Shown here piece after piece: positions 9,384-19,007 of a stretch of 64,000 bases of DNA; positions within the stretch are counted from its first letter, which is position 1, and each line of letters opens with the position of its first letter. The stretch is from assembly GCA_964430755.1 (NCBI GenBank), contig CAYSFT010000002.1, positions 21,001 through 85,000 of the forward strand, in the 5' to 3' direction. A program made the position numbers and the translations under genes. Origin of the DNA: an uncultured Lachnospiraceae bacterium (lineage in GTDB: Bacteria; Bacillota; Clostridia; Oscillospirales; CAG-272). The notes below the pieces were generated by a model. It worked only from the letters and a program-made list of their open reading frames with translations. It was not told where the DNA came from and made no database searches.

Positions 9384-10987
9384 TTACGGCGGCAATCAGT
9401 GCAAGCGTGATGATACTTGTCATCATAGTGCTTCGGTTGTTTCTTTTGAAGCGTATGCCAAAACGCTGTTTTCGTCTATTATGGATACTTGCGGCGCTCA
9501 GACTTCTTGTCCCGTTTTCGTTTACTTTTGAAGTGGAGATCGAAGCAGAGAAGCCTGCAGACATACCGCAAACGGTGTATATTGACACATCGGATGCTGT
9601 ATATTCAAGCGATGAAACTGAAATTGAAGCAGCAGATTTTGATTTTACCATGATCATAAAACCAGTCCTTTTAATTGGAACGATAATCAGCGCGGGATTT
9701 TTAATTTCGGCGTATGCACGAATGAGAAAAATCGCTCTCCATGCTGATACACTCGCCCGGAAATATGCAAAGTGTATGCATAGGGTGCAGATACGCACGG
9801 GAAATGGCGCGAGTACACCTTTTTCCTGCGGAGTCTTTCGCCCGATCATATTTATTCCGACACAGATGCTCACTCTTGATTCTGTCAGACTTGACATGAT
9901 AATTGCCCATGAGCAGCGTCACATAAAAAACGGTGATCAGCTTGTTAAATGGCTTATTGCCGCGGCGTTTTGCCTTAATTGGTATAATCCGCTTGTGTGG
10001 CTTATGTGGCAGCTTGCTAACCGTGACATTGAGCTTGCTTGTGATGAAGCGGTTGTGAGTGGCGGAACGAGTAACTATGATTATGCGCTTTGTCTTATTG
10101 CGGCAGAGGAGGTTCGCATGACTGGTGCGGTTTGCTCATTCGGTGCGCCGGTGCTGAATGAAAGGATTGAATTAATTATGAAATCGAAAAAGTTAACGAT
10201 ATGCAGCTTTATCGGTGCAGGGCTTATCCTTGCGATGATGACAGTTTTCTTTGTAAATGTAACTGCTGTGGAGATTGACAGCAAGCCTGAAAATGAAACA
10301 GAATCAGAGGTTGTGACAACGTTCGCTGAACCCGAGGGAACGGAGGCGCTGTCTGTTGAGATCGAGGTTGAAGATGTGAAACATACACCTGCCGACAGCG
10401 AAGCAGAAATCGAGGCGATGTTTGATTGGTCGGTTTATGCAGAAAATGAGATATGCGCGGATTATTTTGAGAACTTCTATCCTGAAACGCCTTTTGAGGA
10501 GCTTTATGAAGTGACGACCGTTGAGGACATCTATATGGATGATGTTGAATGTGAGATTGGAGAGGTTGTACTCCAGTCTTCGCATCCGATTTCACCGTTT
10601 GGATTTTCGTGTCCGCTTAACGAATACGTCGGTATAACCGGTCATTTCGGCAGCCACACAAATCCGCTTGGGGTGGTTATATTCAATAACGGAGTGAACG
10701 TTTCGGCGGCGCTCGGTGCGGATGTTTTAGTCGCGGCAGACGGTAAGGTCACAAACGTCGGATATAATACATCTGTGGGTAACTTTATCGAAATTGATCA
10801 CGGCGAGGGATGGGTGACGATTTATCATCATCTTGAGAAGTCATTTGTTTCTATCGGTGATGAGGTTGAGAGCGGCGAGAAGATCGGCACGGTCGGCAGC
10901 ACAGGCGAGGCGACAGGCCCGAATCTCGGATTTGCCATAATCAAAGACGGCGCATATCTTGATCCGGAAGCATTGTTTAGCAAATAA
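9380..10987 (+). CDS. BlaR1-type M56 peptidase signal transducer with a C-terminal degenerate LytM (M23-like) domain
   Basis: N-terminal TM segments and HEQRH (aa 177-181). The C-terminus aligns with the M23 fold (IDHGEGW, YHHL, GSTGEATGP), but the zinc-ligand positions read NNGVN and GPNLGF. Confidence 0.85.
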   Translation: MITAAISASVMILVIIVLRLFLLKRMPKRCFRLLWILAALRLLVPFSFTFEVEIEAEKPADIPQTVYIDTSDAVYSSDETEIEAADFDFTMIIKPVLLIGTIISAGFLISAYARMRKIALHADTLARKYAKCMHRVQIRTGNGASTPFSCGVFRPIIFIPTQMLTLDSVRLDMIIAHEQRHIKNGDQLVKWLIAAAFCLNWYNPLVWLMWQLANRDIELACDEAVVSGGTSNYDYALCLIAAEEVRMTGAVCSFGAPVLNERIELIMKSKKLTICSFIGAGLILAMMTVFFVNVTAVEIDSKPENETESEVVTTFAEPEGTEALSVEIEVEDVKHTPADSEAEIEAMFDWSVYAENEICADYFENFYPETPFEELYEVTTVEDIYMDDVECEIGEVVLQSSHPISPFGFSCPLNEYVGITGHFGSHTNPLGVVIFNNGVNVSAALGADVLVAADGKVTNVGYNTSVGNFIEIDHGEGWVTIYHHLEKSFVSIGDEVESGEKIGTVGSTGEATGPNLGFAIIKDGAYLDPEALFSK

Positions 10988-10994
10988 TAAAAAA

Positions 10995-11032
10995 GTGGTA
11001 TCTGCACCAAAATGCGGATACCATTGTTTTTT
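10995..11032 (+). terminator. rho-independent terminator
   Basis: Stem ggtatctgc / gcggatacc followed by tgtttttt. Confidence 0.7.
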
Positions 11033-11033
11033 G

Positions 11034-11090
11034 GAGAGCCCTCTCCGCCATACCTTACGGCGTGACACCTCTCCCAAAGGGAGAGGCTTT
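11034..11090. repeat. REP/MITE-like intergenic repeat unit (single copy)
   Basis: gagagccctctccgcc...ttacggcgtgacacctctcccaaagggagaggc matches the units at 27072 and 44055. It contains the hairpin cctctccc-aaa-gggagagg. Confidence 0.7.
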
Positions 11091-11110
11091 ATGAGTGGCA
11101 GTCAGGAAAC

Positions 11111-11536
11111 TTATAAAAATCTCGCTAAATTATCAGAGGTGCTTTTTTCAAAATCAAGCACTTCCTCGGCAAGCTTGCGTGCTTCACCGGTGGGATTGTT
11201 TTCGTTGAACTGCTTTTCAATATTGATGATGCCCATTGTTGCACCGTTTATCATCATTTCGGCAATGTGTGAGGTCGTTGTGTCGAGCATGGTGTTGAAC
11301 GCCATACCGATTTTACTGCCTGCCTTTGCCATCATGCCGGGTTCTTCGGGCTTGAGTCCTCTCTCGGCAAGCAGGTCAGCCGCACGTGATGAGTATTCAC
11401 GGTATCGCTCAAGCTCACGTGTCATTTCGGTACGCATTTGTGGGTTCTGCGCCTTGTCCATCAGGTTAATGAGCGAGTCGCCGCCCATTGTTGTGTTTTT
11501 ATAGATCTCCTGAAGTAAAGTTTCGTTTTTATCCAT
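11111..11536 (-). CDS. hypothetical protein, predicted helical bundle
   Basis: 141-aa ORF with no recognisable catalytic motif. It is preceded by the conserved leader element. Confidence 0.65.
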   Translation of the reverse strand: MDKNETLLQEIYKNTTMGGDSLINLMDKAQNPQMRTEMTRELERYREYSSRAADLLAERGLKPEEPGMMAKAGSKIGMAFNTMLDTTTSHIAEMMINGATMGIINIEKQFNENNPTGEARKLAEEVLDFEKSTSDNLARFL

Positions 11537-11549
11537 TATGATAATTGTT

Positions 11550-11667
11550 GCTTTTGCAAAGCAAAAGCTTCCTTTCTATCCTTGTTGTGGCGCGGTTTGC
11601 GGAGCAAAATCTCGGTCTATGACCGAGATAGAGCAACAAAAGGTGGTTTGAAAATTTATTTTCAAAC
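11550..11667 (-). promoter_or_regulatory. conserved ~115-nt structured leader element, copy 1
   Basis: Roughly 85-90% identical by eye to 53824-53939. Three hairpins, including the 21-nt palindrome atctcggtc-ata-gaccgagat. It ends 13 nt before the start codon. Confidence 0.5.
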
Positions 11668-11677
11668 TTATCACTTC

Positions 11678-11714
11678 CAAAAATAAAAATACCGCGGTTG
11701 GTTGACCGCAGTAT
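11678..11714 (-). terminator. rho-independent terminator of metA
   Basis: On the minus strand: tactgcgg-tcaaccaa-ccgcggtat followed by ttttatttttgg. Confidence 0.7.
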
Positions 11715-11741
11715 TAGTGTTTGCAAAGTGTGAAAAAATAT

Positions 11742-12665
11742 TTATGCTTTTGAAAGATCGTCAAGATCGTATGGTGTGTTCTGATAAACAAAGTAGTTGA
11801 GCCAATTGGAGAACAACAGATTTGAGTGTCCGCGCCATACGTTCGGAGGACGGCGCTGCGGATCGTTGTTCGGGAAATAGTTATACGGAAGCTCAATCTC
11901 GAGTCCTTTGTCAACATCGCGGAAATATTCCTTTGAAAGGGTGTCATAATCATATTCCGAGTGTCCCGTTACAAAAAGCATACGTGAGTTTTTAGCTGCG
12001 ATAATGTAAGGACCGGCGATGTCACTTCTTGCGATAAGCTCAAGCTCGCTCACCTTGGTTATTTCACTCTCGGCGATACCCGTGTGACGTGAGTGCGGCG
12101 CCTTGAATACCTCGTCGAAGCCGCGCACGATCGGATGATTGGGACGGAGCGCATAGTGATCGAAAACTCCAAACATCTTCTTGTCAAGCGGATGCTTATT
12201 AACGCCGTAATGATAGTGAAGCCCTGCCTGCGCCGCCCAGCAGATGTGAAGCGTTGAAAAGACGTGAGTTTTTGACCACTCCATGATATCACAAAGCTCA
12301 TCCCAGTATGTAACATCGTGGAAATCGAGGTTTTCAACGGGTGCGCCGGTGATGATGAGTCCGTCGAAGTTTTCGCCTCTTATGTCGTCGAAGTTTTTGT
12401 AAAAGGCTTTCATATGCTCCTCGGATGTGTGAGTGGAGCGGTGTGTTGCGGTTTGAAGCAGGGTTATTTCTATTTGCAGGGAACTGTTTGAAAGAAGACG
12501 TATGAGCTGTGTTTCGGTGGTTATCTTTGTCGGCATCAGATTGAGCACTGCGATCTTCAGCGGACGTATATCCTGATGCTCAGCGCGAAAATCACTCATA
12601 ACAAATATATTCTCGCCTTCAAGCGTTTCTGCGGCAGGAAGTCCCTGCGGTATTTTAATAGGCAT
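11742..12665 (-). CDS. metA: homoserine O-acyltransferase (MetA family)
   Basis: MPIKIP..., NLMP and ICWAAQ motifs typical of MetA. I chose the ATG at 12665, which has the RBS aaggagac; the track ORF extends 21 codons further upstream. Confidence 0.9.
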   Translation of the reverse strand: MPIKIPQGLPAAETLEGENIFVMSDFRAEHQDIRPLKIAVLNLMPTKITTETQLIRLLSNSSLQIEITLLQTATHRSTHTSEEHMKAFYKNFDDIRGENFDGLIITGAPVENLDFHDVTYWDELCDIMEWSKTHVFSTLHICWAAQAGLHYHYGVNKHPLDKKMFGVFDHYALRPNHPIVRGFDEVFKAPHSRHTGIAESEITKVSELELIARSDIAGPYIIAAKNSRMLFVTGHSEYDYDTLSKEYFRDVDKGLEIELPYNYFPNNDPQRRPPNVWRGHSNLLFSNWLNYFVYQNTPYDLDDLSKA

Positions 12666-12870
12666 TTTTGTCTCCTTGTTATCAAAATATTTGGCTTCAA
12701 AAATCGAAGACTTTTGTATCAATTGCAATTATTATACCACAGATTTTGCGTTATTACAACACTCTATCGAAAATTTGTATGAAAATCAAAAAAACATTTG
12801 CTTTTTTCAGAAAAAAATGATATAATATAATTATATATATTTTATTGTTATATTAGGGAGGTGTGCATCG

Positions 12871-15800
12871 GTGAAAAACGCGAAAAAAATCGGACGTTTA
12901 CGCTATGGCTTTGTGTTCGTTTTCATGCTTATTCTGGCTGCTTCGATTCTTGGTTTTACTGCTTTTGCAGAGCCGGGTGACACATATGTCATCGCCGATT
13001 TTAAAGCTTCATCCGATGGATTCGCACCTTTTGAAAATGTTTACATTGCGCGCCGAAAAAATCTGACTCTCGGCGGCAGGGATGCTTCTTTGCTTGAGGT
13101 GACCTCGCGTTGGGGTAATGCAGGCGATATGCGTTCTGTTCTTGCAAAGCTTGACGAGCCGATTGACCTTTCGGATTACCGCAAAATCAAATACGATATT
13201 TATGTTCCTCTTTATGAGGCTGACCCCAATGCCGTTTACTACACCCGTTTGATACTAACCACAAGCGATGGCGAAAACATAAAGCAGCTCGGACTTATAA
13301 CCGGCGGCGAATGGAACACCGTTTCGGTTGATATCGGTATGTGGAACGGACGCGATGATATTGTCTCGGTGCAGATTGAGGTTACAATAGACACAACCTT
13401 GCCGAAGAACGGTGTTTATTATTTTTATATTGACTCTGTTTATGCCGATGAGAGGATCGACCGAGAGCTGACTGAACGCTTCATGTTCGACGTTTATTCG
13501 GTAACCGGCGGTACAACATCATATTCCCCTGAGAAAAAGAGTATTCTTATGGTTCCGTCGCAAACGGAAAATATGCAGCTTGAAGCGGATATGTCATTGT
13601 CTGCTATTCTTCACGATGCCAATTCGCTTCGTATAAAGCTCATCAATCAAACCGAATCGGACAGCTTTACGCTTTATTATTCTACATCCGATACGATGGT
13701 TGGAAGCGAGGATAAAAGCGTTGTTATCCCGATGACAAAGGGCGAAGATGCGCAGTATGTCTATGCCTATGTCGGCGATCTTTCAATGCTTCATGGCATC
13801 AGGCTTGTTTTTGAAGCAGGAACGGGAAGTGTTGAGCTTTTGTCTATTGCACCCACGGTGGAGTTCCGGGCGGAAAGTTATGACACCTGCGGAAAGATAA
13901 GCTCGTGTTATCTTAATGACGATCTTGCGACCGTAAGCTTTATCGGCGAGATTGACAGCGAGATCGCAATAGAAAATCAATCGGGACAGATTGCGATATA
14001 CGCCTGGGACGGCGATGAGCTTCCGATGGGTGACGAGCTTCTTTCAAAAACGCCTGTCGTTACGGGGCTCATGAGCGCAAAATTCGATCTGAAATGGAAA
14101 ATATCAAGCAGTAATCGTCACGTACTGCATAGCCGCTTCCTTGCTGTTATCCTGCATGAAGGCGGTGGATATACGCTTATCGAAAAGCCGTTTTATTTGA
14201 GTAATCCCCAAAAACGCGCAAATGAATCAACTGTATTTTCGCCCGATGAAAAGGGTTTCGCTGCTGATGATATATCACTTGTCGGCGATCTTGATTCCGG
14301 TGTAACGACACTCGGACTTGACACTCACAGCGCATTTGTTCAAAAGAGTGAGGGCTTTCAGTATATTTACAACGGCAAGGCGTATTACCTGAATGAGACG
14401 TATCTTGATTCGCTTTCACAGAAGATTACGGTTCTTTCCGATGCAGGAGTTCAGGTGCTTCTGCGGCTTGACGGCTGGTCACGCGAATATGCCGATGAGC
14501 TTTACGAAAATTACAGCGCGGATGATTACATCAACTATGCCAGGATGATGGAAGCCGATGACGGTTTTGAATATATCGCCGCGCTCAGCGCATACGCCGC
14601 CGAAAATTGGTGCCGTGAGGGACGGCTTATCGGTGTTATATACGGTTTCGGTGAAAACCTTCTCACAGAGGGTGAATCGCTGCGTGCTTCCGTAAGGTAT
14701 ACAGCCGATAATCTTCGCAGTATATACATGAATCTGGCGGCTGTCAATTCCTCGGCAAAGGTTTATGTTTCGCTGACCGATCTTTTGATTTCGGACGCAG
14801 GTTTACGCGGTGATGAAATCGCTCTTTCGGAATATCTTCCCATGCTTATCGGAGAAACCGAAGCTTACGGACAGTTTGCCTGGGAAGTGGCAATCGAAAA
14901 AGTATACCGCGTCGGACAGGCGGAGGATTCGGAACTTATCAGTGCAGATGACTGCGGTGCGTTTAAAGATATCCTCTGGAATAATAACGCTTCAGGCAAG
15001 CACATTATATTCTGCGATTCCACATATACGGTTTCGGTTATCGGTTATGAGGAAAAGCTGAAAAGCTTGGTTATGGGTTACTATTCTGCGCTCTTTGATG
15101 ACAAGATTGACGCTTACATTGTCTGTGCGGCAGAGGACTGTGCTGATATTGCAGAAGTGGTTCGTCTTATAGACACAAATGAAGCGCAGACTGTTACCGA
15201 TGCGGCGGCAAAGCTTTTTGAGGTTGAAAATATTTTTGACCTTTTTGAAAATTACGACTCAAGCAAGCTGAAAACGAAAAGCCTTGTTTATGCAAATACA
15301 AGCAGAACTGCTCCCGAAAATATACGCGGCAGATTTTCATATTATAAGTTCAGCGGAACCTCCAGCATCGGAAAGATAAGGCCTGGATATTTTTCAAAGT
15401 CACTTCGTATTATGAGTGACACCGGAAATGTTTTATCGGCGCCGCTTGACGGTACACTTTACGGTGACGGCAGATATCCCGAATGGATGGGTATTTTCCA
15501 TAGCTTTGAGTCCCCCGAGGATTTTTCCCTGACTCCGATTCTTGAGCTTACAATAAAGGTTACCAAGGTCACCCCGACGGTTACTTATCCCATCCCGATA
15601 AAGCTTGTTTTGCTGTCGGGCAAGGATCGTTTTGAAGCACTTGGTGAAGTGAACCAGGGCGAATGGACAACGCTCTATATTGACCTTGGCAGTGATTTCC
15701 CGAGTGCGGATTCGGTTGACGGCTTGCAGATACTTGTCGGCGGTGATATACAATCCGCCTCGCTGTCGTTTAAATCGCTTGACGGTCTTTCGGATAAATA

Positions 15801-15975
15801 TAACAATGAATCGCTTGCAAATGTTATTGAAGAATCGAGAGAAAAGCGGCAGCTTCACGAATCGCGGAACGAATACTCAAATTTCATGTGGATTGGCGGC
15901 GGCGTTATAGTCGCTGTTGGCACAGTGATCGTTATTGCTCTGCTTAGCCGCAAAAGGAAGGATGACGATGAGTAA
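12871..15975 (+). CDS. large secreted, C-terminally membrane-anchored protein of unknown function
   Basis: 1034 aa with an N-terminal signal/TM segment, a C-terminal TM segment and an RKRKDDDE tail. GTG start 7 nt after gggagg. There are no clear catalytic motifs. Confidence 0.7.
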   Translation: MKNAKKIGRLRYGFVFVFMLILAASILGFTAFAEPGDTYVIADFKASSDGFAPFENVYIARRKNLTLGGRDASLLEVTSRWGNAGDMRSVLAKLDEPIDLSDYRKIKYDIYVPLYEADPNAVYYTRLILTTSDGENIKQLGLITGGEWNTVSVDIGMWNGRDDIVSVQIEVTIDTTLPKNGVYYFYIDSVYADERIDRELTERFMFDVYSVTGGTTSYSPEKKSILMVPSQTENMQLEADMSLSAILHDANSLRIKLINQTESDSFTLYYSTSDTMVGSEDKSVVIPMTKGEDAQYVYAYVGDLSMLHGIRLVFEAGTGSVELLSIAPTVEFRAESYDTCGKISSCYLNDDLATVSFIGEIDSEIAIENQSGQIAIYAWDGDELPMGDELLSKTPVVTGLMSAKFDLKWKISSSNRHVLHSRFLAVILHEGGGYTLIEKPFYLSNPQKRANESTVFSPDEKGFAADDISLVGDLDSGVTTLGLDTHSAFVQKSEGFQYIYNGKAYYLNETYLDSLSQKITVLSDAGVQVLLRLDGWSREYADELYENYSADDYINYARMMEADDGFEYIAALSAYAAENWCREGRLIGVIYGFGENLLTEGESLRASVRYTADNLRSIYMNLAAVNSSAKVYVSLTDLLISDAGLRGDEIALSEYLPMLIGETEAYGQFAWEVAIEKVYRVGQAEDSELISADDCGAFKDILWNNNASGKHIIFCDSTYTVSVIGYEEKLKSLVMGYYSALFDDKIDAYIVCAAEDCADIAEVVRLIDTNEAQTVTDAAAKLFEVENIFDLFENYDSSKLKTKSLVYANTSRTAPENIRGRFSYYKFSGTSSIGKIRPGYFSKSLRIMSDTGNVLSAPLDGTLYGDGRYPEWMGIFHSFESPEDFSLTPILELTIKVTKVTPTVTYPIPIKLVLLSGKDRFEALGEVNQGEWTTLYIDLGSDFPSADSVDGLQILVGGDIQSASLSFKSLDGLSDKYNNESLANVIEESREKRQLHESRNEYSNFMWIGGGVIVAVGTVIVIALLSRKRKDDDE

Positions 15976-16240
15976 ACTCAAAATTTACGGAATGATAACG
16001 GCGGCGGTTATTCTGGTGATTGCGCTTATTGCACGCTTCACTGATGAGACGGCGGCAAATTTCATTCTTCCGCTTATGGCGATTGCTGTGGCTGCGCTTT
16101 CCGTGATTGATATCATCGCTTACCGTAAAGACAAGCGAGAGGGAAGTGAACCCGGTATTGCCTCACTTATTCGCATTATCAGTCTAATTGTTATCGCGCT
16201 GCTTCTCATCGTGGCGACGGTGATAAATATTATTTTATAA
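15968..16240 (+). CDS. small integral membrane protein (three predicted TM segments)
   Basis: MSKLKIYGMITAAVILVIALIA... with the ATG at 15968 after ggaagg. Overlaps the end of the upstream gene. Confidence 0.5.
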   Translation: MSKLKIYGMITAAVILVIALIARFTDETAANFILPLMAIAVAALSVIDIIAYRKDKREGSEPGIASLIRIISLIVIALLLIVATVINIIL

Positions 16241-16252
16241 AGGAACTTAAAA

Positions 16253-16798
16253 ATGTTACAGAGAAATTTCGGCGCGGATGAGCCAATCGAAAGCCTGCCG
16301 ATACGGCTGTTTGGCGTTGTACGCGAGTCGATCGTTGACGGGCCCCAGCTCAGATACGTGATATTCACGCAGGGCTGTCCGCATAAATGCTATAACTGTC
16401 ACAATCCCGAGTCACATCCCTATTCGGGCGGAAAAACCACAACGACGGACAAGCTTTGGCGGGATATCTGCAAAAATCCGCTTATAAAGGGAATCACATT
16501 CAGCGGCGGTGAACCGTTCTTATGGGGACATGAGCTTGCCGTTATCGCAAAAAAAGCGAGAGAGCGCGGACTTGACGTTATGACTTACAGCGGTTTTACA
16601 TACGAACAGCTTCTAAAAAAATGTGAAACTGAACCGTCTGTTCATGAGCTTTTATGCGAGACTAATTATCTTGTTGACGGACGTTATGTTGACACCAAGC
16701 GCGACCTTACATTAAAATTCCGCGGAAGCTCAAATCAGCGGATTCTTGATGTCACCTGTTATCCCAATTCAACCGATGCCACACAGATCGAGCTTTAA
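16253..16798 (+). CDS. nrdG: anaerobic ribonucleoside-triphosphate reductase activating protein
   Basis: DGPQLRYVIFTQGCPHKCYNCHNPES is the NrdG-type radical SAM motif. No nrdD gene is adjacent. Confidence 0.85.
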   Translation: MLQRNFGADEPIESLPIRLFGVVRESIVDGPQLRYVIFTQGCPHKCYNCHNPESHPYSGGKTTTTDKLWRDICKNPLIKGITFSGGEPFLWGHELAVIAKKARERGLDVMTYSGFTYEQLLKKCETEPSVHELLCETNYLVDGRYVDTKRDLTLKFRGSSNQRILDVTCYPNSTDATQIEL

Positions 16799-16854
16799 TT
16801 TAGGGCTTGATTTATTATAAATTTTAAAATATATAATCAAAAGGAGATATAACA

Positions 16855-18021
16855 ATGTCTGACGCTTATTTATCCCGTGGCGTTTCTGCCACCAAAGACG
16901 AGGTACACAGTGCAATTTCAAAGCAGGACAAGGGTGTTTTCGCCGGTGCGTTCTGTAAAATAATTCCCGATCCCTGCGGCGATCCCGAATACTGCGCGGC
17001 TATGCACGCTGACGGTGCAGGAACAAAATCCTCGCTCGCTTATATCAAATATAAAGAAACAGGTGACCTTTCCGCATTCTATAATATTGCGCAGGACTCT
17101 GTTGTAATGAACCTTGATGACCTTCTCTGCATCGGTGCGACGGAAGGCTTCGTGCTTTCAAACACCATCGGAAGAAATGCACATCGCGTGAGCGGTGAGG
17201 CTATCAAGTCTGTTATCGACGGTTACACCGATTTCTGCGAGATGCTTAAGGGCTACGGCGTCGGAATCACAATGTCGGGCGGCGAAACTGCTGACGTTGG
17301 TGACCTTGTTTCAACCCTTATCGTTGACTCGACCTTCTTTGTCAGAATGAAGCGCAGTGACGTTATCGACTGCGACAACATCAAGGCAGGCGACGTTATT
17401 GTCGGTCTTGCTTCTTACGGCAAGGCAACCTACGAAAAGGCGTACAACGCAGGTATGGGTTCGAACGGTCTGACTGCGGCACGTCACCTCATGCTCTCGC
17501 ACGAATATGCGGCGAAGTATCCCGAAACATATTCGAACACCATTGATAACTCAAAGGTTTACTGCGGTACATATGGCGTTAACGATATTCTTCCGGGAAC
17601 CGACGTTTCGGTTGTTGACGCTATTCTCTCGCCGACACGTACATACGCTCCTATCATCAAGGAAATACTTGATGCAAAGCGTTCTGCTGTTCACGGTATG
17701 ATCCACTGTACAGGCGGCGGACAGGCTAAATGTAAGAATTTCGGTTCTGGTATCCACTATATCAAGGATAACCTTTTTGATACACCTCCGCTTTTTGCGG
17801 CTATCAAGAAGAACTCCGATATCGGCGATAAAGAGATGTATCAGGTGTTTAATATGGGACACAGAATGGAGCTTTACTGCGATGCTGCAGATGCAGATTT
17901 CATTATCGCGGCGGCAGAGAAGTACGGCGTTGAAGCGAAGATCGTCGGTCGCTGTGAGGCTTCCGAGGACGGTAAAAACCACGTTACAATAATTGACGGC
18001 GGAAATACTTACGAATATTAA
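16855..18021 (+). CDS. AIR synthase (PurM)-related protein
   Basis: PurM-like N and C domains (DGAGTKS, SGGETAD). The longer non-canonical ~388-aa form. Confidence 0.75.
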   Translation: MSDAYLSRGVSATKDEVHSAISKQDKGVFAGAFCKIIPDPCGDPEYCAAMHADGAGTKSSLAYIKYKETGDLSAFYNIAQDSVVMNLDDLLCIGATEGFVLSNTIGRNAHRVSGEAIKSVIDGYTDFCEMLKGYGVGITMSGGETADVGDLVSTLIVDSTFFVRMKRSDVIDCDNIKAGDVIVGLASYGKATYEKAYNAGMGSNGLTAARHLMLSHEYAAKYPETYSNTIDNSKVYCGTYGVNDILPGTDVSVVDAILSPTRTYAPIIKEILDAKRSAVHGMIHCTGGGQAKCKNFGSGIHYIKDNLFDTPPLFAAIKKNSDIGDKEMYQVFNMGHRMELYCDAADADFIIAAAEKYGVEAKIVGRCEASEDGKNHVTIIDGGNTYEY

Positions 18022-18062
18022 TTTCACTGCTTTTTAATAACATCAAAGAAAGGGTGTTTTGA

Positions 18063-18998
18063 ATGCAAAAGAGAATTCTGGTTATCAGCTCTGCAAATAT
18101 GGATTTTGTTATGCGCGTCGGAAAGCTTCCCGAGGCAGGACAGACTTTGATCGAGCGCCGCGGATATGATTATGTACCCGGTGGAAAGGGCGCGAATGCC
18201 GCTATCACTCTTGCGAAGCTCGGAGCGGATTCCATTTTCTGTGCAAGGCTCGGAAATGATGCTCATGCACAGCGCCTCAAGTCCCTTTATGAGGACTGCG
18301 GAATTGATACGCGTTTCATAATAAACGATCGCAGTGCACCGACGGGACTTGCCTCAATAATCGTTGAGGATAACGCTAACAACCGTATTATCGTTTATCC
18401 CGGTGCAAATGCAAATTTAACGCCCGATGATGTTGAGGATGCGATGACCTCGATTCCCGATGCTGTTTTTCTGCAGTTTGAGATTCCGACTGAAGCAGTG
18501 GTTGCCGCAACACAGTTTGCAAAAACGAAAAACATCCCCGTTTTTATTGACGCAGGCCCTGCAAGACGCAATTATCCTCTTGACCGTCTCGGTCCGCTTG
18601 AGGTCATTTCACCGAATGAAATTGAAACCTATGCGCTTACGGGTATCATGCCCTCAACGATTAACGAGTGCCTTCGTGCGGCAACGGTGCTTATGCAGAA
18701 GGTACAGACAAAATATGTTGTCATCAAGCTTGGCGAGCGAGGTGCTTATATTCATGACGGAAGATATTCGCAGGTCGTTGCGCCTTATGAGGTTGAAGCG
18801 GTTGACACAACTGCCGCAGGTGATGCGTTCACTGCCGCGATGACGCTTGAATATTTGAAAACCGGCGATATTGTGCGCGCGGTTACATATGCGAATGTGG
18901 TTGGCGCGATGGTCGTCAGCAAGGCAGGCGCATCAAGCTCACTTCCGAATGCGGCGCAGGTTGAGGCGTTCATGCGCGAAAATGAAATTGTACTGTGA
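18063..18998 (+). CDS. rbsK: ribokinase / PfkB-family sugar kinase
   Basis: GGKGANAA and DTTAAGDAF signatures. Confidence 0.85.
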   Translation: MQKRILVISSANMDFVMRVGKLPEAGQTLIERRGYDYVPGGKGANAAITLAKLGADSIFCARLGNDAHAQRLKSLYEDCGIDTRFIINDRSAPTGLASIIVEDNANNRIIVYPGANANLTPDDVEDAMTSIPDAVFLQFEIPTEAVVAATQFAKTKNIPVFIDAGPARRNYPLDRLGPLEVISPNEIETYALTGIMPSTINECLRAATVLMQKVQTKYVVIKLGERGAYIHDGRYSQVVAPYEVEAVDTTAAGDAFTAAMTLEYLKTGDIVRAVTYANVVGAMVVSKAGASSSLPNAAQVEAFMRENEIVL

Positions 18999-19007
18999 GG
19001 TTTAACG

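Noticed and set aside
10959-11504. 181-aa plus-strand ORF.
   Set aside because: It starts inside the terminator/REP region and then runs antisense to the minus-strand 141-aa gene. The minus-strand gene has the better start context and sits behind the conserved leader.
11580-11620. Resemblance of cgcaaaccgc(g/c)cc in the repeated leader to the AAACnGCC core of fluoride (crcB) riboswitches.
   Set aside because: The flanking pseudoknot and stem elements do not line up. The downstream genes are also not fluoride-related.
12666-12740. Expected a SAM riboswitch or T-box upstream of metA.
   Set aside because: Only about 70 nt separate the TGgTATAAT -10 (12731-12739, minus strand) from the start codon. 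That is too short, and no conserved riboswitch boxes are present.
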